From Candidatus Aminicenantes bacterium (GTDB lineage: Bacteria > Acidobacteriota > Aminicenantia > Aminicenantales > Aminicenantaceae), in the NCBI GenBank assembly GCA_011042725.1, contig DQWD01000337.1, forward strand, positions 1 through 57,303: a DNA stretch of 57,303 nt. The letters run 5' to 3'. The notes beneath the pieces are model-generated. The model was not told the DNA's origin. It saw only the letters and a list, made by a program, of their open reading frames with translations, and searched no databases. The position numbers were made by a program, and so were the translations under genes. Shown piece after piece: positions 31,021 to 40,905 of this stretch; positions within the stretch are counted from its first letter, which is position 1; every line of letters starts with the position of its first letter.

Positions 31021-31404
31021 TTAAGATGGGGCATCATCTTTTTCTGGAGCAATGATGTATTTACTTCGAAATCTAGTGGAGATTCTTTTCTCTTCTGTTT
31101 TTTCCCGATTGTTTTCGATGAAAATTACTTCCCCTTTCAGGATTAATTTTAGTGGTTGGTTATCGGTTAATTTAGGGGGTAGGTCAATACTTAATCGGAG
31201 GGTTTCTCCTAAAGTTACCGGTGTTTTAAGAAAAAATGAAGAGCCATAGTGGCTGATATAGGTGAGGGAGGTTTGCTCTTTAAAATTATTTCCTAAGATG
31301 TCTTTCCCCTCCACTTCCAGAGGGAGAGGCAGGTGAAATCCATCGGTTACCTCCGGGCGGACAATTTTCGCTGATGAGGGCTTTTTGTTTTTGTAATTTT
31401 TCAT
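31021..31404 (-). CDS. PilZ-like paralogue, degenerate
   Basis: LPLPLEVEGKDILGNNFKEQT, YISHYG, IDLPPKLTD (nearly identical to IDLPPKLTE in 29010-29408); no RxxxR; start placed at ATG 31404 behind AAGGA. Confidence 0.72.
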   Translation of the reverse strand: MKNYKNKKPSSAKIVRPEVTDGFHLPLPLEVEGKDILGNNFKEQTSLTYISHYGSSFFLKTPVTLGETLRLSIDLPPKLTDNQPLKLILKGEVIFIENNREKTEEKRISTRFRSKYIIAPEKDDAPS

Positions 31405-31582
31405 GAAGCCGTCCTTTTCCAAATTAGCGATTCTAAAATGACATAAAGTCTTTCTCATCGTCAATCACCTTTATAGAGGAAATTTACCATCATAAAGGGT
31501 GAAAAAAGAGACTCAGCATCGCTTAACCGATAGTTTTTTAGGCGGCTAACTTGCTTGTTTCCCTGAAAAAAGAAGGCTTTTA

Positions 31583-31612
31583 TTGACAAAGAAGGAGGGC
31601 AAAAGATAGAAT
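31583..31612 (+). promoter_or_regulatory. Putative sigma70 promoter of proS
   Basis: TTGACA-N18-TAGAAT; overlaps the ORF-track ATG, which favours TTG 31638 (SD AAGGAGG) as the start. Confidence 0.55.
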
Positions 31613-31637
31613 GACGGAGAAAAAAGGAGGAAAAGAG

Positions 31638-33092
31638 TTGGTCAAAGAAGAAGGTTTTGTCAAACAGATTACGCCCAAAAGCGAAGATTTTTCCCGTTGG
31701 TATGTAGAATTGATCCGGCGGGCTGAGTTGGCTGATTACGCTCCTCTTAAAGGCATGATGGTTATTCGCCCCTATGGATATTCTATCTGGGAGAATATTC
31801 AACGTTTGCTTGACCAGCGGATTAAAGCCAGTGGCCATCAAAATGCCTATTTTCCTCTTTTTATTCCTGAATCTTTCTTAAAAAAAGAAACCGAGCATTT
31901 GCAAGGATTTTCACCCGAAGTAGCTTGGGTAACTCAAGGTGGCCAGGAAGAACTAGAGGAGAGATTAGCGGTGAGGCCAACTTCCGAGGCAATTATTGGC
32001 TATATGTATTCGAAGTGGATTCGCTCCTGGCGAGATTTGCCTGTGTTAATCAACCAGTGGGCTAATATTGTTCGTTGGGAGAAGGTGACTCGTCCTTTTT
32101 TGCGAACCACCGAGTTTTTATGGCAAGAAGGCCACACCGCCCATGAGACAAGAGAGGAAGCTGAGGAAGAAACAAGGTTGATCCTCGAGATGTACCGCGA
32201 GTTTGTTGAAACTGAATTGGCTATTCCCGTTATCGCTGGCCGCAAAACAGAAAGAGAAAAATTTGCGGGGGCAATGGAAACATATTCTATCGAAGGCCTT
32301 ATGAGCGATGGACGAGCCCTCCAGATGGGAACATCTCATAATTTAGGCCAACATTTTTCCCGGGTCTTTAATATCCGCTTTGAGGATCGCCAACAACAAC
32401 TCCAGTATGTCTGGCAGACATCGTGGGGGGTTTCTACGCGTTTGGTGGGAGCCTTGGTGATGACCCACGGTGATGATTCAGGTTTGAAATTCCCCCCGCA
32501 GGTTGCTCCCATTCAAGTGGTTATCGTGCCTATTTCCCTGGGAAATTGGAAAGAAAAAGTGCTTCCTCAAGCCCAAAAGATATCCTCTCTTTTGAGAGAA
32601 CAGGAAATGCGGGTTTACCTGGATGCTCGTGAAGAATTTACCCCCGGCTGGAAATTTTCAGAGTGGGAGATGAGAGGGGTTCCCCTTCGTTTGGAAATTG
32701 GGCCTCGAGATGTGCAGAATAACCAAGTGGTGCTGGTGCGTCGAGATAACCGGGAGAAGATAACTGTTCCTCTTTCGGAAGTGGTGGCCAAGGTTCACCA
32801 AGTTTTGACAGAAATTCAAAAGAATTTATTTCATTTGGCCGGGCAATTTCAACAGGAAAATACATGCCAGACAGAAGACTATCAGGAGTTTAAGGAAATC
32901 ATTGAAACCAAGAGAGGTTTTCTTAAAGCTTACTGGTGCGGGCAAACCACTTGCGAAGAAAAGATCAAGGAGGAAACTCAGGCCACCATCCGAGTTATTC
33001 CCTTTGGCCAACCAGAAGGCGTAGCCACGCATAAGTGTTTGAGGTGCGGGGCTAAAGCCCAGTGGTTGGTCTATTTTGCCAAGGCCTATTGA
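31638..33092 (+). CDS. proS: Proline--tRNA ligase, archaeal/eukaryote-like type
   Basis: VRPTSE, FLRTTEFLWQEGH, QTSWGVSTRL, no INS editing domain, Cys-containing C-terminal domain ending YFAKAY. Confidence 0.96.
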   Translation: MVKEEGFVKQITPKSEDFSRWYVELIRRAELADYAPLKGMMVIRPYGYSIWENIQRLLDQRIKASGHQNAYFPLFIPESFLKKETEHLQGFSPEVAWVTQGGQEELEERLAVRPTSEAIIGYMYSKWIRSWRDLPVLINQWANIVRWEKVTRPFLRTTEFLWQEGHTAHETREEAEEETRLILEMYREFVETELAIPVIAGRKTEREKFAGAMETYSIEGLMSDGRALQMGTSHNLGQHFSRVFNIRFEDRQQQLQYVWQTSWGVSTRLVGALVMTHGDDSGLKFPPQVAPIQVVIVPISLGNWKEKVLPQAQKISSLLREQEMRVYLDAREEFTPGWKFSEWEMRGVPLRLEIGPRDVQNNQVVLVRRDNREKITVPLSEVVAKVHQVLTEIQKNLFHLAGQFQQENTCQTEDYQEFKEIIETKRGFLKAYWCGQTTCEEKIKEETQATIRVIPFGQPEGVATHKCLRCGAKAQWLVYFAKAY

Positions 33093-33099
33093 TCACGGC

Positions 33100-33735
33100 A
33101 TGGATAAAAAGGACTGGTCTAAACGGTGCCAGGCGATGGTGGATAATCAATTGCGGGCACGGGGGATCAAAGACGAAAACGTGCTCCAAGCCATGGCCAA
33201 GGTTCCTCGCCATTTGTTTGTACCTTCCACGATGATCGATTTTGCTTACAGTGATGAACCTTTACCTATTGGAGAGGGCCAAACTATTTCCCAACCTTAC
33301 ATTGTGGCTTACATGACTGAAAATATTCACCCTCAAAAATGGAAAAGAGCACTGGAAATTGGCACGGGCTCAGGTTATCAAACAGCAATCTTGGCTGAGC
33401 TGGTTAAAGAGGTTTACACGGTGGAACTAATTCCTTCGTTGGCGGAAAAAGCCCAAGAAATACTGGCCAAGCTTGGCTATCAGAATATTCATTATCGAGT
33501 AGGGGACGGAACGCAGGGTTGGCCTGAAGAGGCTCCTTTTGATGCTATCCTGGTCACCGCGGCTCCGGCTAAAATTCCTTTTGCCCTTGAGGATCAACTG
33601 GCTGAAAAGGGAAGAATGATTATCCCTGTTGGGGAGATGTTCCAAGATCTTTACCTCGTGTTGCGCCAAAAAAATAAAATTATTAGAAAAAAGCTAATTC
33701 CCGTGCGCTTTGTTCCCTTGGTTTCTCTTCATTGA
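33100..33735 (+). CDS. pcm: Protein-L-isoaspartate O-methyltransferase
   Basis: VPRHLFV, GQTISQPYIVA, LEIGTGSGYQ, APFDAILVTAA, VRFVPL. Confidence 0.95.
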   Translation: MDKKDWSKRCQAMVDNQLRARGIKDENVLQAMAKVPRHLFVPSTMIDFAYSDEPLPIGEGQTISQPYIVAYMTENIHPQKWKRALEIGTGSGYQTAILAELVKEVYTVELIPSLAEKAQEILAKLGYQNIHYRVGDGTQGWPEEAPFDAILVTAAPAKIPFALEDQLAEKGRMIIPVGEMFQDLYLVLRQKNKIIRKKLIPVRFVPLVSLH

Positions 33736-33846
33736 AACTTTTTTACTCTGGGCTTTGCTTTTGATTTGACTTTGGCCTGAGTGAAGATTAATCTAGGAGT
33801 GAAAATTAATCTAAAAAAGGAAAAAATAAATTAATCCGAAGCAAAA

Positions 33847-34389
33847 ATGACTGTTTTAAGGGAATATTTCTCCAAATCCAAAAATAAGAAAACTTTTTAT
33901 AGCTTTTCCACACGACGGGTTGTCGGCTGGATTGGGTTGATATTCTGGTTATTGGGGGGGCTGAATGCTTCCTTTGGGGCCCCTCAAGAAAGGAAAATAA
34001 AATTTATCCCTGTTTTTCTTCCCCAGGGCCAGAAAATAATCGCGGAATTGGCGGTTACTCCCGAGGAAAGACAAAAAGGTCTTATGTTTCGCGAAGAATT
34101 AGCGGCCGAGGAGGGAATGTTGTTCCTCTTTGAAGAAGAGGGAATTTATTCTTTTTGGATGAAAAACATGAAATTCCCGATTGACATTATCTGGTTGGAT
34201 AAAGACAAAAGAATTGTCCATATCGAAGAAAATGTTCCTCCCTGCCCAGTTGAACCATGTCCTTCTTACAGTCCGTCTCGCCCGGCTTGCTATGTTTTGG
34301 AGTTGAAGGCCGGCAGTAGTCAAAATTACTCGTTGAAAATTTATGATCAACTTGAGTTTGTAATCCCGCCTCTTAAGAAGAGTTTTTGA
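33847..34389 (+). CDS. DUF192 domain-containing exported protein
   Basis: ELAVTPEERQKGLMFR, GMLF, FWMKNM.FPIDI, YVLELKAG. Confidence 0.88.
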   Translation: MTVLREYFSKSKNKKTFYSFSTRRVVGWIGLIFWLLGGLNASFGAPQERKIKFIPVFLPQGQKIIAELAVTPEERQKGLMFREELAAEEGMLFLFEEEGIYSFWMKNMKFPIDIIWLDKDKRIVHIEENVPPCPVEPCPSYSPSRPACYVLELKAGSSQNYSLKIYDQLEFVIPPLKKSF

Positions 34390-35509
34390 GAAGGTTAGTT
34401 AATTCTTGAGCGGCGAGGCTAGAGGTAGGGTAATTTCCTAAAATTTCTTTCATTTTTTGAAAGGAGCGGATCATCTGCTCTCTTCTTTCTTGATTTTCGA
34501 GGATTTCTTGGCTTAAAAGAAAAAGGTTCTCCGCTGTAAAATTATGTTGGATTAATTCGGGAATTACTCTCTGTTCCAAAAGTATATTGACAATACTATA
34601 GTTTTTTACATAGACAAATTTTTTACCTAGGTAATAGGTAAAGGGGGAAATCCGGTAAAAAGCAATTAGCGGTTTTTCCAATAAAGCAGCTTCAAGATTA
34701 GAGATACCGCAGGAGGCCAGAATTAAATCACTGTAAGCCATGGCTTCATATTTGTCTTCTTTTAATATTTTTAGTTCGGGAAAGGGATAGGGGAGATAGC
34801 GATCAATTTCGGAAGAAGTAAGATTTTCGGATTGACAAAGAAGAAATTCGACAGGAAGAGAACTTCGTAAAAGATGCAGGGTTTCCGTGAGCTGAGGGAG
34901 ATGATTTTTCAGCTCCGATGGCCGGCTGCCGGGAAGGAGAGCAATAATTTTTTTTCGGTGATCAAGGTTATATTTTCTTAAGAATTCTTCCCGGGAGAGA
35001 GAAAGCTTAATTTCTTCTTGGAGGGGGTGGCCAATATAAGCGGCTGGGATTTTAGCTTCTTCATAAATCTTTTGCTCGAAAGGAAAGATGAGTAGCATTT
35101 TGGTTACCGATTTTTTGATTGTTTTGAGGCGATTTTTTCGCCAAGCCCAGACAGTAGGGCTGACGTAATAAAGAACAGGAACGCCTTTGCGCCGAAGAAA
35201 ACGACCTAATCGCAGATGGAAATCAGGAGAGTCAATTAGAACAGCCGCTTGGGGTTGGCGGCGGGTTATTTCTTTTTTTAACCAGGAATATAGTTTAAGG
35301 ATACGGGGAAAATGGCTGATTATCTCAAAAACTCCGATGAGGTTTAATTCTCGAAGCGAGGCCAAGGGTTCCAACCCGGCGGCCAACATTTTTTCTCCAC
35401 CAAGGCCAAAAAACTTAGCTTGTGAATTGAGGCGTTTAAATTCACGAATCAAGGCCGCGCCATATTTTTCGCCAGAAGTCTCCCCAGCGGAGATGAAGAT
35501 CTTGGTCAT
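34373..35509 (-). CDS. lpxB: Lipid-A-disaccharide synthase
   Basis: ISAGETSG, IDSPDF, YVSPTVWAWR, GHPL, LLPGSR, PELIQ; start ATG 35509 overlaps the upstream stop (ATGA). Confidence 0.94.
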   Translation of the reverse strand: MTKIFISAGETSGEKYGAALIREFKRLNSQAKFFGLGGEKMLAAGLEPLASLRELNLIGVFEIISHFPRILKLYSWLKKEITRRQPQAAVLIDSPDFHLRLGRFLRRKGVPVLYYVSPTVWAWRKNRLKTIKKSVTKMLLIFPFEQKIYEEAKIPAAYIGHPLQEEIKLSLSREEFLRKYNLDHRKKIIALLPGSRPSELKNHLPQLTETLHLLRSSLPVEFLLCQSENLTSSEIDRYLPYPFPELKILKEDKYEAMAYSDLILASCGISNLEAALLEKPLIAFYRISPFTYYLGKKFVYVKNYSIVNILLEQRVIPELIQHNFTAENLFLLSQEILENQERREQMIRSFQKMKEILGNYPTSSLAAQELTNLLKNSS

Positions 35510-36162
35510 TCTTGCCTTTTTTCCTGGCCAAAATAGACGATTTCCGGCATCTTTTGGGGATCTTGCCCGTAGAAAAAGAGCCATTGGTTATAGTATTTTT
35601 GCTGATAGTAAATTTTTATTGATTTTCGTGGTGAAGAGCTGACTACTCCGATGATTTGAGGATTATCTACTTTGGCGACCAGAGCAGCTGGAACGATGAG
35701 TACTTTCTGGAAAGAAATTTGCTGACTGGTCGGTGAAGGAGTTGTTTGGCCAGGTCGGCCACGCCGGGGGGAAGAAGGAGCCGGTCTACCTCGACCACCA
35801 CCTGCCGGAGAAGGGGGAATGAGAATTAAGTCCCATTCTCCATTGGCGGCCATCGGATCTGGGTAGAGACGGCGAAGGCACTTTTTTTCCAGTAGTTCAT
35901 CGAGAGACCGAGGGAAGGCACCAGGGTATTGTTGTTGGAAGAGGCGAATAGCTTCCACATATTGTCGTCCCCGGAAAATGAGTTCTTCTTCTTTTTCTCT
36001 CTGAAGTTGGGTTTCCCAGACAGGAACAGCAATGAGTAGGCCGAGGCTCAGAATGAAAATAACAAACATCAGAAGAAGAAGAGTATACCCAGTTTGTTTT
36101 TTCGGGGCGGGAAAGGAAAAGGAAGAGCCTTCTCCTTCACCAAGTATTGTAGGGAGATCCAT
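35506..36162 (-). CDS. Type II secretion / type IV pilin-like minor pseudopilin lacking Glu5
   Basis: KKQTG|YTLLLLMF hydrophobic helix; REKEEEL, LRRLYPDP shared with neighbouring pseudopilins; Pro/Arg-rich insert. Confidence 0.75.
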   Translation of the reverse strand: MDLPTILGEGEGSSFSFPAPKKQTGYTLLLLMFVIFILSLGLLIAVPVWETQLQREKEEELIFRGRQYVEAIRLFQQQYPGAFPRSLDELLEKKCLRRLYPDPMAANGEWDLILIPPSPAGGGRGRPAPSSPRRGRPGQTTPSPTSQQISFQKVLIVPAALVAKVDNPQIIGVVSSSPRKSIKIYYQQKYYNQWLFFYGQDPQKMPEIVYFGQEKRQE

Positions 36163-36544
36163 CGAGTCCTATCTCCTTTGAACCAGACTGAACATCAATC
36201 ACTCCGGGTTGAAGGCCGGCTTGAATCAGTTCTTCGGTAAACTCTTCCCGAATTTCAACCCAGGTATCTTGGGATTTGGTTATCGGATCAAGGGGAATCG
36301 AACGAAGATAGCCTTCTTCCACTAAGGCTTGAAGGGAGGGGGGATATTGGCCTTTGTCCAGGTGATACTGGTTGATGAGTTTGCGAAGAATGAAAAGGTT
36401 TTCTTTAAGCACTGCTTCGCGAGCTCGTTTAGCTGCGGTTTGATATTGCGGAATGGCCAAGCCAAGGAGAATTCCGATGATGGCCAGAACAATGATTAAT
36501 TCAATAAGGGTAAATCCTGACCGTGGAGAGTCCATTTTTTTCAC
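36137..36544 (-). CDS. GspG-like pseudopilin
   Basis: Prepilin motif G|FTLIEL; AREAVLKENL, YPPSL, YLRSIPLDPIT, ends YNTW. Confidence 0.88.
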   Translation of the reverse strand: MKKMDSPRSGFTLIELIIVLAIIGILLGLAIPQYQTAAKRAREAVLKENLFILRKLINQYHLDKGQYPPSLQALVEEGYLRSIPLDPITKSQDTWVEIREEFTEELIQAGLQPGVIDVQSGSKEIGLDGSPYNTW

Positions 36545-37023
36545 CAGTCCCTGTATTTAGTTCCATCCAGAGCTGTGGCCTGGCTCTTGGTATAAACATC
36601 ATAAACATTTTCTCCTCCCCAAACATCGGAGTCAGGGTCATCTTGGTAAGATCTCAGCCCCCAATCATAAGAATTAGTCATCGGGTCTTTAGGAATCCGT
36701 CGTAAAAAACGAACTATCCTTTCCACACGATTGCCTTGGATGGTTTCTTCGATTTCGACTCCATTAACTAGGGTTTCCAGATCGGGAGGATAACCATATG
36801 TATCTTCGTCAAATTCAAACTTTTTTTCATCGGCTAATTGTTTGTAGGCGTCAATAGCTTCGCGGAGGATTCGTAAGTTGCGTCTAAGTTCAATCTCTTT
36901 TTCCCTTTTGATGGCCACTTGGGCGAGAGGAATGGCTACTCCGGCCAGAATAGCCAGAATAGTTAGGGTCACCAGCATTTCGATGAGGGTAAAACCTTGT
37001 TGTCGGGAGAAGACAACTTTCAT
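36541..37023 (-). CDS. GspG-like pseudopilin
   Basis: Prepilin motif G|FTLIEM; REKEIELR, GYPPDL, FLRRIPKDPMT, ends YRDW. Confidence 0.88.
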   Translation of the reverse strand: MKVVFSRQQGFTLIEMLVTLTILAILAGVAIPLAQVAIKREKEIELRRNLRILREAIDAYKQLADEKKFEFDEDTYGYPPDLETLVNGVEIEETIQGNRVERIVRFLRRIPKDPMTNSYDWGLRSYQDDPDSDVWGGENVYDVYTKSQATALDGTKYRDW

Positions 37024-37045
37024 TTCTAGTTGTTGATATTTTGGT

Positions 37046-39205
37046 TTAAAACCATTTTTTTGAAGAATGGCTTTTGGAGGACTCCCTTCGTTGATAACTT
37101 CTTCCTCGATCGAAGGATCGGGGAGGAGATGGCTCCAGAACCTTCTTGCTTAATTTTATTTTGTGATCATCATCGATGGCAAGAACTTTAACTTTAACTG
37201 TATCACCAATCTTGAATACATCGCGAGCGCTTCGAACTCGACGATGGGAAATTTCAGAAACATGGAGAAGGCCCACGATGTTAGGTAGTATTTCAACAAA
37301 GGCCCCGTAATCTTCGATCCGGACCACTTTCCCGGTGTAGATTTTTCCTACCTCCGCTTCGACGGTAATTTCACGAATCATCTGGCGCGCTTTTTCGGCG
37401 GCTTCGGTATTTTCAGCGGCGATGATTATTTTGCCTGTTTCTTCAATATCGATTTTGGCATTGGTCGCCGCGAGAATCTTCTTGATGTGTTTTCCCGAAG
37501 GGCCGATAACATCAGGAACTTTTTCAGGGTTAATGAAGAGGGTAATAATGCAAGGAGCATAAGGAGAAATATTGGGGCGAGGAGCAGGAAGGACGGCCTG
37601 CATTTTGTCGAGGACCTCCAGGCGGGCTTCTTTTGCTTGGCGAAGACCTTGGCGGAAAATATCTAGAGAAATCCCCGGAATTTTGAGATCCATCTGAATG
37701 GCCGTGACCCCTTTTTTAGTACCGGCTGTTTTTAGATCCATGTCGCCAAAGTGATCTTCCAAGCCAGCTATATCAGTCAGTAAAGAATATTTTTCTCCCT
37801 CCTTCACCAAGCCGATGGCGATACCGGCCACGATCATCGACAGAGGTACTCCGGCATCCATTAGAGCGAGAACTCCTCCGCAAACCGTGGCCATCGAAGA
37901 AGAGCCGTTGGATTCCAATATATCGGACACAATCCGGATGGTATAAGGAAAATCTTCCTCGGGGGGAATCGAGGGAAGGATTGCCTTTTCAGCCAGAGCT
38001 CCATGACCAATCTCTCTTCTTCCGGGAGCACGGAGGAAGCTGACCTCCCCGACGCTGAAAGGTGGAAAATTATAATGAAGCATAAACCGTTTGGCATCAC
38101 CTTCGCTTAGTCCATTGAGACGTTGGACATCTTCAAAAGTGCCCAAGGTTACTGTTGCTAAGCATTGGGTCTCACCTCTGGTAAAGAGAGCAGAACCATG
38201 AGTTCGCGGTAACAAACCGATTTCAATCGAAATGGGCCTTATGTCAGTCAAGGAGCGTCCGTCAACCCGTTTTTTCTCTTCCAAAATTAAGCGGCGGACC
38301 AGATTTTTTTCAATTTGATAAAAGATTTCTCTTGTTTCCTGAATATTTTCTTCGTCTTCAGCAGGGATTTCAGCTAAAAGGCCTTCTAAGATTTGTTTTA
38401 TTTTTTCCTCTTTAGCCTTCTTGCCTTGAACTTGAATAGCTTCTTTTAGTTGATCGAGAACTTTTTGTTCGATTTCTTGGTATTTTTGAGAATTAACTTG
38501 GGGGGGTGAAAATTCCCTTTTCGAGATATTGAGTTGAGCATAGAGCTCAGCTTGAGCCTGAATTATTTTCTTAATTTCTTTTTCTGCTAATTCAACACCT
38601 TGGACGATGATTTCTTCTTCTAGTTCTTTGGCCCCGGTTTCAATCATGATAATTCCCTGATCACTGCCGACAACAACCATATTTAACAAGCTTTCTTCCA
38701 GCTGAGAGACCGTGGGGTTAATGATGTATTCATTATTTAAATAACCAATTTTGACTGCTCCCAGGGGAGTGGTGAAAGGGATGTCAGAAAAGAGCAGCGC
38801 GGTTGAGGCTCCGATTATGCCTAGAGTATCGGGCTCATTTTGCATGTCGGCGGAGAGAAGAAGAGCAACAATTTGGGTGTCGTTGAAGTAGCCCTCCGGA
38901 AAAAGCGGCCTGATAGGCCGGTCAATCATGCGGCTAACTAAAACTTCTCTTTCCGAAGGTTTGCCTTCTCTTTTGAAAAACCCACCCGGGAATTTGCCCG
39001 CGGCATAAGTGTTTTCCCGGTAATCAACAATTAGGGGTAGGAAAGGCCGAGGCTCTTTAATATCCTTTTTGGAAGTAGCGGAAATAAACATGATGGTGTC
39101 GCCATAGCGGATTAAAACTGAGCCATCCGCTTGGCGTCCCATGCGTCCTGTTTCTATTGATAGCGACCTTCCTCCAATTTCTAGATTTATAGTATTTTCA
39201 GACAT
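37046..39205 (-). CDS. pnp: Polyribonucleotide nucleotidyltransferase (PNPase)
   Basis: IDRPIRPLF, GSALFTRGETQ, ESNGSSSMA, EDHFGDMD, KH and S1 domains. Confidence 0.97.
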   Translation of the reverse strand: MSENTINLEIGGRSLSIETGRMGRQADGSVLIRYGDTIMFISATSKKDIKEPRPFLPLIVDYRENTYAAGKFPGGFFKREGKPSEREVLVSRMIDRPIRPLFPEGYFNDTQIVALLLSADMQNEPDTLGIIGASTALLFSDIPFTTPLGAVKIGYLNNEYIINPTVSQLEESLLNMVVVGSDQGIIMIETGAKELEEEIIVQGVELAEKEIKKIIQAQAELYAQLNISKREFSPPQVNSQKYQEIEQKVLDQLKEAIQVQGKKAKEEKIKQILEGLLAEIPAEDEENIQETREIFYQIEKNLVRRLILEEKKRVDGRSLTDIRPISIEIGLLPRTHGSALFTRGETQCLATVTLGTFEDVQRLNGLSEGDAKRFMLHYNFPPFSVGEVSFLRAPGRREIGHGALAEKAILPSIPPEEDFPYTIRIVSDILESNGSSSMATVCGGVLALMDAGVPLSMIVAGIAIGLVKEGEKYSLLTDIAGLEDHFGDMDLKTAGTKKGVTAIQMDLKIPGISLDIFRQGLRQAKEARLEVLDKMQAVLPAPRPNISPYAPCIITLFINPEKVPDVIGPSGKHIKKILAATNAKIDIEETGKIIIAAENTEAAEKARQMIREITVEAEVGKIYTGKVVRIEDYGAFVEILPNIVGLLHVSEISHRRVRSARDVFKIGDTVKVKVLAIDDDHKIKLSKKVLEPSPPRSFDRGRSYQRRESSKSHSSKKWF

Positions 39206-39229
39206 TTATGTTTTCCTGACGTTTTCTGG

Positions 39230-39496
39230 CTATTTTCTGAGATTTAGACTTTTGATCAGCTTTTCGTAGCGGCTGGGGTCTTTCTTTTTTAGATAAGCCA
39301 GTAATCTTTTGCGTTGACCAACCAGCTTCATTAAGCCCGTCCGGGAGTGAAAATCCTTTTTGTGGCGGGCAAAATGTTGGGATAGATAATTGATTCGGTG
39401 AGTTAAGAGGGCAACCTGAACTTCAGGTGAGCCAGTATCTTTAGGATTAGTTCGAAATTCTTCAATTATCTTCGTTCTTTCATCTTTGCTAAGCAC
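39230..39496 (-). CDS. rpsO: 30S ribosomal protein S15
   Basis: [30 protein letters not shown]; GTG start with SD AAGGAG. Confidence 0.97.
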   Translation of the reverse strand: MLSKDERTKIIEEFRTNPKDTGSPEVQVALLTHRINYLSQHFARHKKDFHSRTGLMKLVGQRKRLLAYLKKKDPSRYEKLIKSLNLRK

Positions 39497-39610
39497 TTTT
39501 TGTTCTCCTTCAGAATTAAATTATACTTCTTCTTTTTTTCTCTAATAGCTTACCAGAAACTTAATTCCTTGTAAATTCTTTTTCCTGAATTGTTTCCTAA
39601 AGCATGATGA

Positions 39611-39650
39611 AAAAACTGGTGAAAAACTGGTGACAGCTCACATATTTACC
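39611..39650 (+). repeat. Dispersed REP-like palindromic repeat, family A
   Basis: AAAAACTGGTGA then AAAACTGGTGACAGCTCACATATTTACC. Confidence 0.8.
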
Positions 39651-39810
39651 TAATTTTTTATCGAGTTATCGAGAATGATCCAGGCCGAAATGAAGTGTCA
39701 GTCATCATTTTCACCTCGCGCTTTTGGAGATGCTTAGGCTCCCCGGGAAGTAATTGAACTGGTTGGAGGCTTGTGCTAGAGTCAAAGATGACTTTAAAGG
39801 CTAGAAAATC

Positions 39811-40365
39811 ATGCCCAGTTATTTACTTTTAATTTTTAATCTTATCCTTCTGGCTGTCAGTTGGGTTATGCTCATTTATGCTTACCCCCGTTTGCCTTCA
39901 TTTATTCCCCTCTGGCTAAATTTTAGCGGTTCCCCTTTCCTGTATTCCAAGTCATTGTTGATTTTTCTTTATCCCCTGGGAGAAACAATTTTTAATTTAC
40001 TATTTATTAAATTGGCGCGCTTGAGAATTAGATGGCCTCAACCAAAAAAGGCAGTTAAAGGGCTCCCGGCGACTTCAGCTAGTTCTCGCTCTCGGTTAAG
40101 ACAAGAGTTTACCCTTCTGGCCTTAATTTTTTTCAACTTAATTTTTATCCACGTGGAACGAAGCTTGATCCTTGTGGCTCATCAAGTAGAAAAAGGGGTC
40201 AATTCTTTCTACTTTTTGATGTTATTCTTAATCTTAATTATGCTTATCCCTTATTACCGTATCCGCGAATTGATGGAAAAAAAGCAAAGCCAGAGCAGGC
40301 CCCGCGTTTCGCCCAAGAATCAAAAAGGAAAAAAGTTGAAAAAAAAGAACCAAGAAAATAGTTAA
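39811..40365 (+). CDS. Membrane protein with DUF1648-like N-terminus
   Basis: Four hydrophobic segments; YPRLPSFIPLWLNFSG. Confidence 0.55.
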   Translation: MPSYLLLIFNLILLAVSWVMLIYAYPRLPSFIPLWLNFSGSPFLYSKSLLIFLYPLGETIFNLLFIKLARLRIRWPQPKKAVKGLPATSASSRSRLRQEFTLLALIFFNLIFIHVERSLILVAHQVEKGVNSFYFLMLFLILIMLIPYYRIRELMEKKQSQSRPRVSPKNQKGKKLKKKNQENS

Positions 40366-40425
40366 TAAAACTTTAATTACTAATAATCTAACTTTAACAA
40401 AATGGGTTTAGGTTGAGGCTATAGA

Positions 40426-40701
40426 TTATTTTTTGGATGATTGTTGATTCTGGAGAAGGTAAGCCTTCCTTTGAAGGAGGTGTTTAGCGTAGAGCGAATC
40501 TAATCCTCCCTGCGTTTCCTGGACATGCTTGAGTTGCTCTTCAACCTCGGCCAGGGTCATTCGATTGATTTTCTTTTTTTTGGGGGGAGCGTCATCCTTA
40601 GTTTCTTGTTTAGCCTCTTCTGGAGATTGGGGCTTAGTTTTAGATTCTTCAGGAGAGCTTTTTTCTTCAGCCATTTGGTTTCCTTCCTTATCCAATTTCA
40701 A
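40426..40701 (-). CDS. Small hypothetical protein
   Basis: Charged N-terminus and short helical C-terminus; probable start ATG 40674 behind AAGGA; no recognisable family. Confidence 0.55.
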   Translation of the reverse strand: MKLDKEGNQMAEEKSSPEESKTKPQSPEEAKQETKDDAPPKKKKINRMTLAEVEEQLKHVQETQGGLDSLYAKHLLQRKAYLLQNQQSSKK

Positions 40702-40905
40702 TGGTAATTATTTTTAGAAAAGAAGAATACACAATTTGGCTTAAAATATCAATCTTTTTCCCAGGCTCAAAAAATCTCCAAAATGAGGATGAGCCAAAGG
40801 CTGTTACCCAGGCTAAAACGGCAGGAAAATTTTTCTCTATTGGTCAAAATGGAGGTTGAGAATTAAGTCAGTGGTTGCCTTTTACCAATCAAGTTTAGTA
40901 TAGTC

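Noticed and set aside
31461-31841. 126-aa minus-strand ORF upstream of the PilZ cluster
   Set aside because: Antisense shadow of proS and its promoter.
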